From assembly GCA_963832745.1 (NCBI GenBank), contig CAWHVC010000002.1:224001-288000 (forward strand): a DNA stretch of 64,000 bases, in the 5' to 3' direction. Both the position numbers and the translations under genes were made by a program. A model generated the notes under the pieces. It had not been told where the DNA came from. It worked only from the letters and a program-made list of their open reading frames with translations, and ran no database searches. Positions 47,459 to 58,114 of the stretch are shown here, piece by piece. Source of the stretch: Candidatus Bathyarchaeota archaeon. GTDB taxonomy: Archaea; Thermoproteota; Bathyarchaeia; Bathyarchaeales; Bathycorpusculaceae. Each line of letters begins with the position of its first letter. The stretch's first letter is position 1.

Positions 47459-47947
47459 TTACTCTTTAAGTTGCAGCCATAAATTAATTATCCATGCTTC
47501 AGGTGAGGTTTCTTGCTGCCAGTTAACGATTTCTTCAAACCCTGCAGTTACCCAACCGTAGACTCGCCTGATTACGCCTGCCTGCTTGTAACCAGCAGAT
47601 TCTACCATGCTAAACAGTGCCTTCCAGCCTTGCGGGATTTCAGCGATGCCTTTAACGCGCAATGATGCGTAGAGGCCTTCGGGTATGTTTCGGATTACTA
47701 CTTCGCTTGATGATTTAACGTCTTCTTTAATGGTTAGGTAGTATTCGTAACCGTGGGGTTCAGGTTGGTCTGTGGGGTAAAAGTTTCTTCCAAACAACCG
47801 CACGCCCGATTTATCAGTTAAGCCATTGTTTTTGGCATATTCAAAAATTTTGTCGAATGCATCCTCTTCAGGATTTTCGGCTTGTGATTGCACGTTCGCT
47901 GCCCGTATCATTTTGAATCGTTCCATCTTTAATTCTACGCTAACCAC
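47459..47947 (-). CDS. GyrI-like small-molecule-binding protein
   Basis: RLFGRN, HGYEYYLTI, IPEGLYASL..G...IPQGW; GTG start after GAGGCG. Confidence 0.8.
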   Translation of the reverse strand: MVSVELKMERFKMIRAANVQSQAENPEEDAFDKIFEYAKNNGLTDKSGVRLFGRNFYPTDQPEPHGYEYYLTIKEDVKSSSEVVIRNIPEGLYASLRVKGIAEIPQGWKALFSMVESAGYKQAGVIRRVYGWVTAGFEEIVNWQQETSPEAWIINLWLQLKE

Positions 47948-48062
47948 ACATTTCGCCTCAGCAGATAACAGAAATCTTTGCATTAAACATAAATAAATTT
48001 TATTCCAAATCACGTTTTCTGCTACAAAAAAGCTAATTAGCATTTTGCAGATAATACAAAAT

Positions 48063-48551
48063 ATGGCCAATACCCAGTTTAAAGTTGACCTGATTGCACC
48101 CTGCGGCATGAACTGCGGTGTCTGTAAAGCGTACCTTGCCTACTCACGTAATGTTCCATACAAGAAGGGCAAAGTATACCATTGCCCAGGCTGTAGAGTA
48201 CGCGACAAAAATTGTGCCTTTATCAAACGTGATTGCCACAGAAAAGTTGGCAAACAACTAACATTCTGTTTTGAATGCACTGACATGCCCTGCAAAAGAT
48301 TAGTCAAACTAGACGAGCTTTACCGTGCACGTTATGGAATGAGTATGGTTGAAAACTTAAAAATAATAAAAGAAAAAGGAATAAGTGAATTCATTAGAAG
48401 TCAAACAGAAAAATATCGATGCCCAAGTTGTGGCGACGTGGTTTCTGTGCATGATGGGAAATGTTACGCTTGCGGCTTTCAAGGTGAAAAACCAAAAGGC
48501 ACAAATCCTAAACACCGATGGGTACCCAACAAAAAACAAGCGAAAACCTAA
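48063..48551 (+). CDS. DUF3795-like Cys-rich protein
   Basis: IAPCGMNCGVC, CPGC, FCFECTDMPC, CPSCG..CYAC. Confidence 0.85.
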   Translation: MANTQFKVDLIAPCGMNCGVCKAYLAYSRNVPYKKGKVYHCPGCRVRDKNCAFIKRDCHRKVGKQLTFCFECTDMPCKRLVKLDELYRARYGMSMVENLKIIKEKGISEFIRSQTEKYRCPSCGDVVSVHDGKCYACGFQGEKPKGTNPKHRWVPNKKQAKT

Positions 48552-48641
48552 ACCATAAGAAACCTGAGATTTTTTGAGTTTGTCTTCTTGGTTGATATAA
48601 AAGCTTTTAGGCAATTAACACATCTTTAGCTTTGACCAACA

Positions 48642-49049
48642 ATGTCAAAAATTGTCCGTGTAGGCGTAACGTTTCCACCTGACTTGCTTAAGGATTTTGA
48701 CGAAATAATAAACACAATGGGTTATGAAAGCCGAAGCAAAGCCATCCAGGACTCAGTGAGGCTGTTTGTTTCTGAACGTAAATGGCTAAAAGAAGAAGAC
48801 GCAAACCAAACTGGCGTAATCCTAATGGTTTATGACCATGATGTCCGCAATCTGGAAAGCGACCTGACAGACTCTCAGCATCATCACTCTGACTTAATCT
48901 CATCAACTATGCACATACATCTTGGCGAACATGACTGCCTTGAAGTAATAGCTGTAAAAGGAAAAGGTTCAGAAATAAGGCACTTAAGCGATGAACTTGC
49001 AACAAGAAGAGGAGTAAAAATCCTCAAAGCAATGATAGTAAACGTCTAA
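48642..49049 (+). CDS. nikR: Nickel-responsive regulator NikR
   Basis: RVGVTFP RHH, SRSKAI, YDH, HIHLGEHDCLEVI. Confidence 0.93.
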   Translation: MSKIVRVGVTFPPDLLKDFDEIINTMGYESRSKAIQDSVRLFVSERKWLKEEDANQTGVILMVYDHDVRNLESDLTDSQHHHSDLISSTMHIHLGEHDCLEVIAVKGKGSEIRHLSDELATRRGVKILKAMIVNV

Positions 49050-49056
49050 AGACGTT

Positions 49057-49968
49057 TTAGCTTTTTACTTCAAACATCCTTTCTAATGAAGCCCGCGCCT
49101 TCTTTGCAACAGGTTCGGGTATCTTTATCTGATGCTTTTCCTCTTTCAATGAAGCATAAATCCTCTCAAGCGTTGTTAGCTTCATGTTGGGGCAAATTGC
49201 GCCGTCATATGCAATGATGAATTCTTTGTCGGGGTTTTCCTTTTTGAGTCGATGCATGATGCCGTCTTCGGTGCCGACGATGAATTTTTTAGCACTGGAT
49301 TCTTTGACGTACTTACACATTTTTGAAGTACTGCCGATAAAGTCAGCAACTTTGCGGGTTTCGTAGCTGCATTCTGGATGAACCATAACAAGCGCATCTG
49401 GATGCTGCATCTTTAAAACCGCAATGTCCTCAGGCTGGAACAGCAGATGTGTTGGGCAGAATCCCCATTCTGGAATTGGAATAATTTTTTTGCCAGTTTT
49501 TTCAGCAACGTATTCGCCTAGGTTGCGGTCGGGGCCAAACAGGATGGTGTCAGCGTTAAGGGATTCAACTACTTGAACAGCGTTGGCGGAGGTGCAGCAT
49601 ACGTCACTGCAGGCTTTTGCAGCAGCCAAAGTATTTACATAAACTACTACAGGCGCATTCGGATACAGGGCTTTGACGCGTTTTATTTCGTCAACTGTTA
49701 ACATTTGAGCCATTGGGCAACGTGCGCCAGTACAAGGTAAGAGAACCTTTTTTTGCGGATTCAAAATGGCAGCTGATTCAGCCATAAAATCCACGGCTGA
49801 GAAAACAATCAGTTCAGCATCCTTTTCTTGCATGGCTTTGCGGCTAAGCTCAATGCTGTCGCCGACGTAGTCTGCTATTTCTTGGACTTCTGGACGCTCG
49901 TAGTTGTGTGCAAGAATTATTGCTTTTTTCTCTTTTTTAAGGTCAAGGATTTTCTGCGTTAAATCCAT
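49057..49968 (-). CDS. nadA: Quinolinate synthase
   Basis: ILAHNYE, GDSIELS, FMAESA, CPMA, YVNT, CTSANA, HPEC, CPNMK. Ala appears in place of the first cluster Cys (FSAVDFM). Confidence 0.93.
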   Translation of the reverse strand: MDLTQKILDLKKEKKAIILAHNYERPEVQEIADYVGDSIELSRKAMQEKDAELIVFSAVDFMAESAAILNPQKKVLLPCTGARCPMAQMLTVDEIKRVKALYPNAPVVVYVNTLAAAKACSDVCCTSANAVQVVESLNADTILFGPDRNLGEYVAEKTGKKIIPIPEWGFCPTHLLFQPEDIAVLKMQHPDALVMVHPECSYETRKVADFIGSTSKMCKYVKESSAKKFIVGTEDGIMHRLKKENPDKEFIIAYDGAICPNMKLTTLERIYASLKEEKHQIKIPEPVAKKARASLERMFEVKS

Positions 49969-50206
49969 ATTCTGCGCCTTACAACTAATGATAAAAAAAT
50001 ACAAGGATTAATTACAAGATATAATCTTTACCCCTTCAAAAGCCTTTTTTGACATAATGCTCAAAAAATTGGCTTAAGCAACCCCTAACAGTTGGTAAAA
50101 AGCTCCAAATTCACAATAGAGGTCATAATAAGCCGTAAAAAGACGGTTTTTTAAGCAATAAGATTTTAAACGTTAAAGCAAGGATTGATTTTTAGGAATT
50201 AACCAA

Positions 50207-50926
50207 ATGCAGATTAAAGCAGTACTGTTTGACATGTTTGATACTTTAGCGTTAATTGACAACGACTACGAATTCTACAATCATGCAGTAGTCCGAATGC
50301 ACAAATACTTAACAGAACAAGGGGTAAACGTGGCTTTTGAGCCGTTTCGTGACGCCTACATTAAAGCACGTGATGAAATCTATGCTGCTGCAGACAAGAA
50401 CCTTGAAGAACCCCACTTCAACGTAAGAATACAAAATGCCCTACAACTTTTAGGCATCAATATTGACGCTTCAAACCCAACTGTAACTGGGGCAACATGG
50501 GAGTTTTGCCAAGAATTCCTTAACCACGTAAAAATCGACGAAAACGCCGCTAAAGTCCTGCAAAGCTTATACGGCAAATATAAACTGGGAATAATCTCTA
50601 ACTTTGCAATCCCCGAAGGAGTATACCATTTTCTGAAAGCAAACAAAATAAACGATTTGCTTGATTTGGTTGTAATTTCTGGTGAAGTGAATAAGCGCAA
50701 GCCTAGCCCAGAAATTTTTAAAAGTGCACTTAAAATGTTGGGTTTGTCGTCTGATGAGGCGGTTTTTGTTGGTGATACGGCAGATGCTGATGTTGCGGGG
50801 GCTCATGCTGTTGGTATGAAGGTGGTTTATATTAAGAGGCGTTTTGAGCAGACTCTTGAAAGGTTTACGCCGGATGTGGTTATTGATAGTTTGGCTGAGC
50901 TGCCGTCTGTTCTTAAAGGCATATAG
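50207..50926 (+). CDS. HAD-superfamily hydrolase
   Basis: FDMFDTL, ISN, KPSPEIF, VGDTADADVAGA. Confidence 0.92.
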   Translation: MQIKAVLFDMFDTLALIDNDYEFYNHAVVRMHKYLTEQGVNVAFEPFRDAYIKARDEIYAAADKNLEEPHFNVRIQNALQLLGINIDASNPTVTGATWEFCQEFLNHVKIDENAAKVLQSLYGKYKLGIISNFAIPEGVYHFLKANKINDLLDLVVISGEVNKRKPSPEIFKSALKMLGLSSDEAVFVGDTADADVAGAHAVGMKVVYIKRRFEQTLERFTPDVVIDSLAELPSVLKGI

Positions 50927-51134
50927 TGGCAACGGGTTTTTTGGCTGTATTTTTGTTGTTTTTATCGACAACAAACGGTAATACTTATATTACGATTCAA
51001 TATTCAAGCAATTGTCAAACAAAAGAGGGCTCAAAATGGAAAATAAAACAGAAATCCAATTCCAAATAATAAAAGCAATGCTTGACGAGTTCCCAGAATT
51101 AAAACAAAAAGTACGAGAATACTTTGGCGAAGTT

Positions 51135-51473
51135 TTAGTTTCTGCGTACTAAGAGTTTTTTGGGCATTTTAACGCCATTCTTGCCGGTCTCGCAACCATT
51201 TATCAACTCAACAAGTTCACCGTGTCTTTCAAGAAAGTTAAGACCTTTCTGGGTTGCACCGTAGACTTCTCTTCCAGATTCAGCGAATTTTTCAAGCAAA
51301 TCAGTACTTGACATGAAGGATAAGTATTCTCCGAGTTGTGTAAAGCTAAGGTTTGCTTTGTACATAATTTGTGTTTTTAAAGCGCCATCTTTGGCGATGC
51401 CGATTATTTCTGCGATTATGCTTAGTTTGTCTCTTCTTTTTGATTTTTCTTCAAGAGAGATAAAGGGGTTCAT
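51135..51473 (-). CDS. Archaeal winged-helix transcriptional regulator
   Basis: RRDKLSIIAEII, KTQIMYKANLSF, TQKGLNFL. Confidence 0.88.
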   Translation of the reverse strand: MNPFISLEEKSKRRDKLSIIAEIIGIAKDGALKTQIMYKANLSFTQLGEYLSFMSSTDLLEKFAESGREVYGATQKGLNFLERHGELVELINGCETGKNGVKMPKKLLVRRN

Positions 51474-51644
51474 TTTTCTGTTTTCCTCTTTCAGATTATT
51501 GTTCTATATGCTTCTTCCTCAAAGTCAATATTAAGTCCTGTTTCATACGACAAAATATTCCCAAATCGGAATACCAAAAAAGCGCCAAAACAAAAAACGA
51601 AAAACCTTAACTTCACCCACAACAACACCAACAAGTGATAAGTT

Positions 51645-52142
51645 ATGCTAATCGGCTTAATCTCAGACACCCATGACAACCTTCCACAAATCGAAAAAGC
51701 CGTCAACTACCTCAACGCCATAAAAGTCGACTTAGTCCTGCATGCAGGCGACTACTGCGCGCCCTTCACACTTGCCAAATTCAAAGCTCTAAACTGCAAA
51801 CTTATCGGCGTATTTGGCAACAACGACGGCGACCATGAGCTGCTTAAAAAAAGGTTCAGCGAAACCCAAAACTGCGAAGCACACGGCAGATTTGCCCAAG
51901 TCAACATTGACGGCTATAAAATTGCCCTACTACACGGCGACGAGCCAGAACTGCTTTTCGCTTTAATCGGTAACCAATGCTTCAACGCAGTCGTGCATGG
52001 ACACTCCCACAACAAGGGCATTGAGCAGCGAGGAAAAACGCTAATCATTAACCCTGGTGAGCTTTGCGGGTACTTAACAGGCAAATCCACCCTTGCCCTG
52101 CTTGATACAAAGAAAAATGAAGCAAAAATAGTGGACCTCTAA
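51645..52142 (+). CDS. Metallophosphoesterase (MJ0936/YfcE family)
   Basis: ISDTHDN, HAGD, GNND, HGHSH, NPGE. Confidence 0.93.
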   Translation: MLIGLISDTHDNLPQIEKAVNYLNAIKVDLVLHAGDYCAPFTLAKFKALNCKLIGVFGNNDGDHELLKKRFSETQNCEAHGRFAQVNIDGYKIALLHGDEPELLFALIGNQCFNAVVHGHSHNKGIEQRGKTLIINPGELCGYLTGKSTLALLDTKKNEAKIVDL

Positions 52143-52147
52143 AGCGT

Positions 52148-54055
52148 TTACTGTTTGACGCTTGGCTGCTGTTGCGAGATGCAGTGAAGTGTTCCAAAAC
52201 CATAAACCAAATATGAGCAGTCGATGCCGACAACTTTTCTGTCAGGGAACAGTTTCTGTAGTATCTCAAGCGCTTTGGCGTCGTTTTTGTGGTTGAAAAC
52301 TGGCATGAGCACTTTTGTGTTGCCTATGTAGAAGTTGGTATAGCTTGCGGGTAATCGGCAGTCGCATCCGGTGACGTTTCCGGGCATGGGCAGCTTGACA
52401 ATGCTGAGGTAGTTGCCGTCTTGGTCGGTTGCTTCCGTGAGAAGTTCATAGTTGGCGTTTAGTGCAGCATAGTTTTCATCTGTCTGGTCATCTTCGTAGG
52501 CACAGACTATTGTTGTAGGGTTTACAAATCGTGCGAGGTCGTCTATGTGTCCGTCGGTGTCGTCTCCGCAGATGCCGTTTTTGAGCCAGATGAAGTGGGT
52601 GATGCCGAGGTTGTCTTTTAGGTATTTTTCTATGTCTGTGCGGGTCATGTCGGGATTTCTGTTTGGGTTAAGCAGGCACTGCTCGGTAGTTAGAAGCGTG
52701 CCTTTGCCGTTAACGTCAATAGAACCGCCTTCCATAACAACGTGCGGCCTAAAACAGGGTAACTTTAGGGTCTTGTTGATTATTTGGGGGATGTCTTTGT
52801 CTTTTAGGAGGATATCGTATTTGTCGCCCCAAGTGTTGAAAATCCAGTTAACCATAGCAAGCTTTCTCTGGTCATTAATTACGAAGGTTGGTCCATAGTC
52901 ACGGAACCAAACGTCAGCGTATTCAAACATGAAGAAACTGATTTTGCCAAAATCAACATCAGCCTTCTCAAGCAGCCATGTGACTTTTTGTTTCATGTCT
53001 TCGTCTTTAACGAAGAGGTTGACGTTTTCGCTTGTGTGGATTTCTTTGATTATTTGGACGTAGGTTGCTTCTACTTTGTCGACGCAGTCTGGGAAGGTTA
53101 CGGGGTCGTGTGGCCAGCTTAACCAGATTGCGTCATGTTTTTCCCATTCTGCTGGCATGCGGTATCCCTGTTCAATAGGTGTCCCTAAGGAAAGAGGGTC
53201 GGTTAAAGGCTTGTAAGTGTCAGGTCGCCTGTTCTTTAGGAATCCCCACCCTTCACGAATCCGCTTGTTAAATGATAAGTCAACTTTGGCGATTACGGTT
53301 TCTTCTTTGTCGCCCGCTTCGGCAAGAATCTCCCCGAATGCGTTGCACACAAAGCTGCCTCCCCAAAATTCAAGTTCGTCTTCTTCTCCAACGCGGTTAA
53401 CTGCGGCTATGTGTACGCCGTTTGTGATGGCGTGTCCACGCTGAACAGTTTTCCAAGCGTCATGCCAGTCGCCGTCGGCTGAGGTGTGGTCTTTGATGTA
53501 GCCTATTGCAGTTGGGTAGAAGATGATGTCGGCGCCTTTTAGGGTGCAGATTCTTGCTGCTTCAGGGAACCATTGGTCATAGCAGATGAGTACGGCGATT
53601 TTTGCGTAGGCTATAGAATATATTTTGTAGCCTAAGTCGCCTAGTTCGAAATAGTTTTGTTCATAAAACAGGGGGTCTTGTGGGACATGGATTTTGTGGT
53701 AAGTGTCAAGTAGTGTTCCGTCTGCATCTATTACGACTGCAGAATTGTAGAATTTTCCGTCAAGGTTCCGCTCGAACAGGGGTATGATTATGACTATTTT
53801 GTATTTTTTGGCAAGTTCAGCAAAAGCGGCTGTAGATTCGCCGGGTATGGTTTCAGCGTATTTTTGGGCGTCTTGGCATTCTTCTTGTGGGAAGTAGCGA
53901 GTATGGTAAAGTTCTTGCAGACAAATGATTTGGGCGCCTTTTTGTGCGGCTTCCTCAACCCGTTGCAGGGTCTTCTGCAGATTTGCCGCCATATCTTCTG
54001 AAACCACGGTCTGAATTAGCCCAACTGTCACAATTTTCCCAGTTTTTGAGTTCAC
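52148..54055 (-). CDS. aguBA: N-carbamoylputrescine amidase / agmatine deiminase fusion
   Basis: Nitrilase triad (LQEL, HKIHVP, ICYDQWFPE), then MPAEWE, WFRDYGP, EGGSID, DTDGHID, GTLHCISQQ. Confidence 0.92.
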   Translation of the reverse strand: MNSKTGKIVTVGLIQTVVSEDMAANLQKTLQRVEEAAQKGAQIICLQELYHTRYFPQEECQDAQKYAETIPGESTAAFAELAKKYKIVIIIPLFERNLDGKFYNSAVVIDADGTLLDTYHKIHVPQDPLFYEQNYFELGDLGYKIYSIAYAKIAVLICYDQWFPEAARICTLKGADIIFYPTAIGYIKDHTSADGDWHDAWKTVQRGHAITNGVHIAAVNRVGEEDELEFWGGSFVCNAFGEILAEAGDKEETVIAKVDLSFNKRIREGWGFLKNRRPDTYKPLTDPLSLGTPIEQGYRMPAEWEKHDAIWLSWPHDPVTFPDCVDKVEATYVQIIKEIHTSENVNLFVKDEDMKQKVTWLLEKADVDFGKISFFMFEYADVWFRDYGPTFVINDQRKLAMVNWIFNTWGDKYDILLKDKDIPQIINKTLKLPCFRPHVVMEGGSIDVNGKGTLLTTEQCLLNPNRNPDMTRTDIEKYLKDNLGITHFIWLKNGICGDDTDGHIDDLARFVNPTTIVCAYEDDQTDENYAALNANYELLTEATDQDGNYLSIVKLPMPGNVTGCDCRLPASYTNFYIGNTKVLMPVFNHKNDAKALEILQKLFPDRKVVGIDCSYLVYGFGTLHCISQQQPSVKQ

Positions 54056-54165
54056 TTCTGCTATTTTTTATTCCTGCCTTAATTTTCATCATATAATACT
54101 TTAGAGGGAAAAACCTTTCTGAAAATCAAAAACAAAATAACAGGTAAACGAGGCAAAAAAGAAAG

Positions 54166-55470
54166 TTATGGCTTCGCCCTGCTGGAGTGTTTTCTTTGGT
54201 AAATTATCAATCCAGCGATAACAGCTATTACTGGAATAGCAATCAGGGCAGCATACTCAATTGGAAATGCGGAGTCGGTGTTTGTTATGTTTGTTACTGA
54301 ATCGTCTTGGGTAGTGGTAAACTTGGCAAGCCACAAGTAATTACCAGACGAACCATTTGCTTGAGGATTAGTGAGAAAACGAACATTTAGCGTGCCTGAA
54401 ACTACAAAACTATTGTTGCTTGAAGGGGTAATTGATTTAAGTGCACTGCTTTGTCCATCAGTGGTTTCTCCATAATGGCAATCAGCAATTTTGTTGCCGA
54501 CATTGTCGAGTTTAACGATATATGATTGGTTGTTTTGCGCTCCAACGGCGATGTAGGCATTTGATATTTCGGTAACTGAATGAAAGATTGCAGGTTCGTA
54601 AAGTTGGTACCAGTTTATGTTTCCAGTTGAATCAGTCTTTAAAACAAGGCCATGATTGATGTTTCCACCAGCAAAGATAAAACCAGTATCAACTGTTTCA
54701 TAAATGTCAAGCAGCGGAACTGTAGATAATTCATTAACATGAATTGTTTTCCATAATTGCGTGTTCCCATCGCTGTCAGCTTTTACAAGTAATCCTTCGT
54801 TATCGCGTGAGCCGGCTATGGCATAATTGTGGTCGCTTGTTTCTATCAGGTTTGTAAAGAATATTTTTGATGAGTCTTCGCCAAAAGTTTTACTCCAAAC
54901 TATACTGCCGGTTTCGTCTAGCTTTATAAGAAAGCTGTCGTCGCCATTAAAGTTGTTTTGTTTACTACCAGTTACGATGAAGTTTCCGTCACTGTCTTGG
55001 ATAACACAAGGACCGTCTATAGCCAATGTTTTATTCCATTGAATTGAACCATCACTACCAGTTTTTAGTATGTAACTTTCAATAGTGACGCCAGTTTTTA
55101 GTATAACATTTGAGTTGGATTGAGAAGAAGAATATATAACACATGCCATAACAAAGCCGCCATCTACAGTTTGCGCCACAGACCGTACACCTACTAACCC
55201 CGATAGCTCAAAGGTTTTGCGCCATTCCATTTCGCCTAAAGAATTCGTTTTAACCAAGACAGGCGCTATTTGTGAGGATGGATACATTGTCAATGAAGCG
55301 TTACTTCCAACAATTGCATAACCGCCATCACTTGTGCTAATTGCATAACCACTCCAGCCAGAAAATGTTTTGCTCCATTGCATCTGAAAGGAGCCTTCAG
55401 CGTTAACTGTACAAATTGAGGCTAAGAAAAGTAAACAAACCAGAAGCAATAATGCGTTTTTTCTCTCCAT
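54166..55470 (-). CDS. Secreted beta-propeller-like protein with C-terminal TM
   Basis: Repeats of T.DGG(Y/F)...L.K.DS.G...W.K; signal peptide; TM anchor. Confidence 0.85.
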   Translation of the reverse strand: MERKNALLLLVCLLFLASICTVNAEGSFQMQWSKTFSGWSGYAISTSDGGYAIVGSNASLTMYPSSQIAPVLVKTNSLGEMEWRKTFELSGLVGVRSVAQTVDGGFVMACVIYSSSQSNSNVILKTGVTIESYILKTGSDGSIQWNKTLAIDGPCVIQDSDGNFIVTGSKQNNFNGDDSFLIKLDETGSIVWSKTFGEDSSKIFFTNLIETSDHNYAIAGSRDNEGLLVKADSDGNTQLWKTIHVNELSTVPLLDIYETVDTGFIFAGGNINHGLVLKTDSTGNINWYQLYEPAIFHSVTEISNAYIAVGAQNNQSYIVKLDNVGNKIADCHYGETTDGQSSALKSITPSSNNSFVVSGTLNVRFLTNPQANGSSGNYLWLAKFTTTQDDSVTNITNTDSAFPIEYAALIAIPVIAVIAGLIIYQRKHSSRAKP

Positions 55471-55668
55471 TTACATTACCCGGGCAGCAATTATATATCT
55501 TTTAAGCGTTTGATTAAATAGTTATTTCAATAAATAAGTTTTAAGACAAAAAAAGAAAAAAGGTCTTGACAAGCGGCAGTATTCTGCTAAAAAAGGTATA
55601 TTGATTTATTAGTCGTAGCATTCTAAACAGTAAAAGCAAGAATCAGACTTACAGGAGGTAGTTTAACG

Positions 55669-56850
55669 TTGATGTCTCATCAAAGTGTATTCAAAGACGA
55701 ATCAAAATTAGACATAAACTACCTTCCAACCCGCATGCCTCACAGAGACCGAGAACACCGCCTCTTAATGGAGTTCTTCAGTTTCCTAACCCGGTACCCT
55801 GACCGTATGGCACAACGTGTAATCGTCACCGGCGAAGTAGGAACTGGAAAAACCGCGCTATGCCAAAACTTCGGCAAAGACATCAGCATCGAAGTAGGTA
55901 AAAAAGGCATAAAATTCCGTTACATCCATGTTAACTGCCGCGAATACCGCGGAAATCTCGCTCCGATTCTACATCAAGCTGTCACCATGTTTCGACCAAA
56001 CTTTCCAGCACGCGGCTACTCAGCAGAAGAAATCCTCAAAACACTACTGCAAGTGCTCGAAGAAGAGCAGGCATTTATTATTTTAACACTTGACGAGTTT
56101 GACAGCCTCATCGAGAAGGAAGGCTCAGATGCCGTCTACAAGCTGACACGTTTGCAGGAGATGCAGGCAGGCAAGCCTCAGAGGATTTCGTTTATTTTTA
56201 TTCAGCGTGACCTTTCACCGCTTAAAGCCTTGGATGACAGCGCCCGAAGTACACTGCAACGCAACATCGTCAGCCTCGAAAGGTACAGCAAGGAACCGTT
56301 AACAGACATTCTTAGTGACCGTGTGAAATTGGCTTTTGAACTCTCGGCTGTTCCCGAAGACGTAGTTGGCTTAATCGCTGAACTAGCCGCTACAGAGACA
56401 GGAAACGCACGGTTCGGCATCGAACTGCTTTGGCGTTCCGGCAAGTATGCTGACGCCCAAGATTCCGAGCGAGTTGAACCAGAATTTGTACGGCAAGCAG
56501 TCTCAGCCATCATACCCACTGTTAAACGCAGTGAACTCAGCGGACTGGGCATGCACGAAAAAATGCTTCTGCTTGCAGTTGCCCGCTTCTTTAAAGAGAA
56601 CAAGGACGCTTTTGCCACACTCTCAGAGATTGAGGAGGCATACGGAGTCATCTGCGAAGAGTATGAGGAAACACCGTATAGTCACACCCAGCTTTGGAAG
56701 TACCTGCAACGTTTTGTGCAAATTGGACTTGTGAAAACTGAAGTAGGCGCTGCCTCTTCACGTGGGCGTTCAACCATGGTTTCTCTGCCAGCGGTTCCAG
56801 CAGCTGAACTTGAACACGAGTTGTCTACTTTGCTTGCGATGGAGCGGTGA
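55669..56850 (+). CDS. cdc6: Orc1/Cdc6 replication initiator
   Basis: VFKDESKLDINYLP..MPHR, GEVGTGKT, VNC, LDEFD, GNARFGI, C-terminal winged helix with RGRST. Confidence 0.93.
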   Translation: MMSHQSVFKDESKLDINYLPTRMPHRDREHRLLMEFFSFLTRYPDRMAQRVIVTGEVGTGKTALCQNFGKDISIEVGKKGIKFRYIHVNCREYRGNLAPILHQAVTMFRPNFPARGYSAEEILKTLLQVLEEEQAFIILTLDEFDSLIEKEGSDAVYKLTRLQEMQAGKPQRISFIFIQRDLSPLKALDDSARSTLQRNIVSLERYSKEPLTDILSDRVKLAFELSAVPEDVVGLIAELAATETGNARFGIELLWRSGKYADAQDSERVEPEFVRQAVSAIIPTVKRSELSGLGMHEKMLLLAVARFFKENKDAFATLSEIEEAYGVICEEYEETPYSHTQLWKYLQRFVQIGLVKTEVGAASSRGRSTMVSLPAVPAAELEHELSTLLAMER

Positions 56851-57125
56851 TTGAGATGGAGCTTGAAGAAGTTTTCTCATCTAAACCCCGCATGAAAATC
56901 CTAAAACTGCTTGACAAGCTCGGGCAGCTTAACGTTTCGGACATTGCTCGGCGAATAAAAATGAATTATACTGTTACTGACGAGCACTTGCGGCTTTTGG
57001 AGTCTGAGGGCATCTTGAAACAGTACACTTATGGCCGAATCCGGTTGTACAGTTTTAATTTAGCTTCTGAAAAGGCGAAAGCTGTGCAAAACCTAATACA
57101 AGTGTGGGAACAAAATAAACAGTAG
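56847..57125 (+). CDS. ArsR-like winged-helix protein
   Basis: VFSSKPRMKIL, LNVSDIARR, HLRLLESEG, YGRIRLY; GTGA overlap with cdc6. Confidence 0.85.
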   Translation: MIEMELEEVFSSKPRMKILKLLDKLGQLNVSDIARRIKMNYTVTDEHLRLLESEGILKQYTYGRIRLYSFNLASEKAKAVQNLIQVWEQNKQ

Positions 57126-57136
57126 AGGAACCATTT

Positions 57137-57574
57137 ATGGCAATGATTGATGTTTCTGGAAAAGCTGAAGTTTTACGAGAAGCCACCGCTTCAGGCACAA
57201 TCCATCTTAAACCTGAAACCATAAAACGCATCCAAGAAGCAAAAATCGCTAAAGGCGACCCCCTGTACACTGCAAAAATCGCCGCAATCTTGGCAGCAAA
57301 AAAAACCAGCGAGCTAATTCCACTTTGTCACCCGTTGCCTTTGACTAACGTGGAGGTTTACCCAAAAGTTCTCAACGAAACAACTGTAGAAGTCACTGCA
57401 ACGGTTAAAACTCGTGCACAGACGGGCGTGGAAATGGAAGCACTCACGGCGGTGTCGATGGGTTTGTTGACGGTTTGGGACATGACTAAACAATACGAAA
57501 AAGACGTCAACGGGCAGTATCCTTCAACTGCAATTCAAGATATTCATGTTATCCGCAAGTTTAAGCAGGTTTAA
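57137..57574 (+). CDS. moaC: Cyclic pyranopterin monophosphate synthase
   Basis: MIDVSGK, LIPLCHP, TGVEMEAL, WDMTK. Confidence 0.95.
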   Translation: MAMIDVSGKAEVLREATASGTIHLKPETIKRIQEAKIAKGDPLYTAKIAAILAAKKTSELIPLCHPLPLTNVEVYPKVLNETTVEVTATVKTRAQTGVEMEALTAVSMGLLTVWDMTKQYEKDVNGQYPSTAIQDIHVIRKFKQV

Positions 57575-57577
57575 CTT

Positions 57578-58114
57578 ATGAGTGAAACTTCAAAACAGCA
57601 CAAAGAACATGCACCAAAAAAACTCAACTTTGCAATCTACACATGCAGCACCTCACGTTATCACCAATTTGAAAAGGGCGAAAACGTCACTGACCTTGGC
57701 GGTGACACTATCCAAAACCTTGTCCAGTCGGCTGGGCACCTCGTGTTGCGTAAAAAAATTATTTTAGATGACACGGTAATGATTGCTAAAGCTTTTGATG
57801 AATGTTTAACTTCTAAAGACTTGGATGTTGCCATTTTTTCTGGCGGCACCGGAATCACACCCACAGACGTAACGATTGAAGCTGTTTCGCCGTTACTGGA
57901 GAAGATTTTGCCGGGTTTTGGCGAGTTTTTTAGACGCATTAGTTTTGACGAGGTTGGTCCAGCGGCGGTGTTATCTCGCGCAGTTGCAGGCGTCGCGGGA
58001 GGTAAAGCGTTTTTCTGCATTCCAGGTTCTCCAAACGCTGTGAAGACTGCGGTGGAAAAACTTATTTTGCCCGAGTCGCCTCACATCGTTAAACATGCAC
58101 GTGAACAGCGATGA
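57578..58114 (+). CDS. moaB: Molybdopterin adenylyltransferase (MoaB/MogA)
   Basis: SGGTGITPTDVT, LPGFGEFFR, SRAVAG, IPGSP. Confidence 0.93.
   Translation: MSETSKQHKEHAPKKLNFAIYTCSTSRYHQFEKGENVTDLGGDTIQNLVQSAGHLVLRKKIILDDTVMIAKAFDECLTSKDLDVAIFSGGTGITPTDVTIEAVSPLLEKILPGFGEFFRRISFDEVGPAAVLSRAVAGVAGGKAFFCIPGSPNAVKTAVEKLILPESPHIVKHAREQR

Noticed and set aside
51036-51152. 38-aa ORF MENKTEIQFQIIKAMLDEFPELKQKVREYFGEVLVSAY
   Set aside because: Plausible helix with a weak RBS, but it overlaps the convergent gene end and has no motif; not enough support.
55471-55668. Replication origin upstream of cdc6
   Set aside because: AT-rich but short, and I could not find ORB-like repeats by eye.
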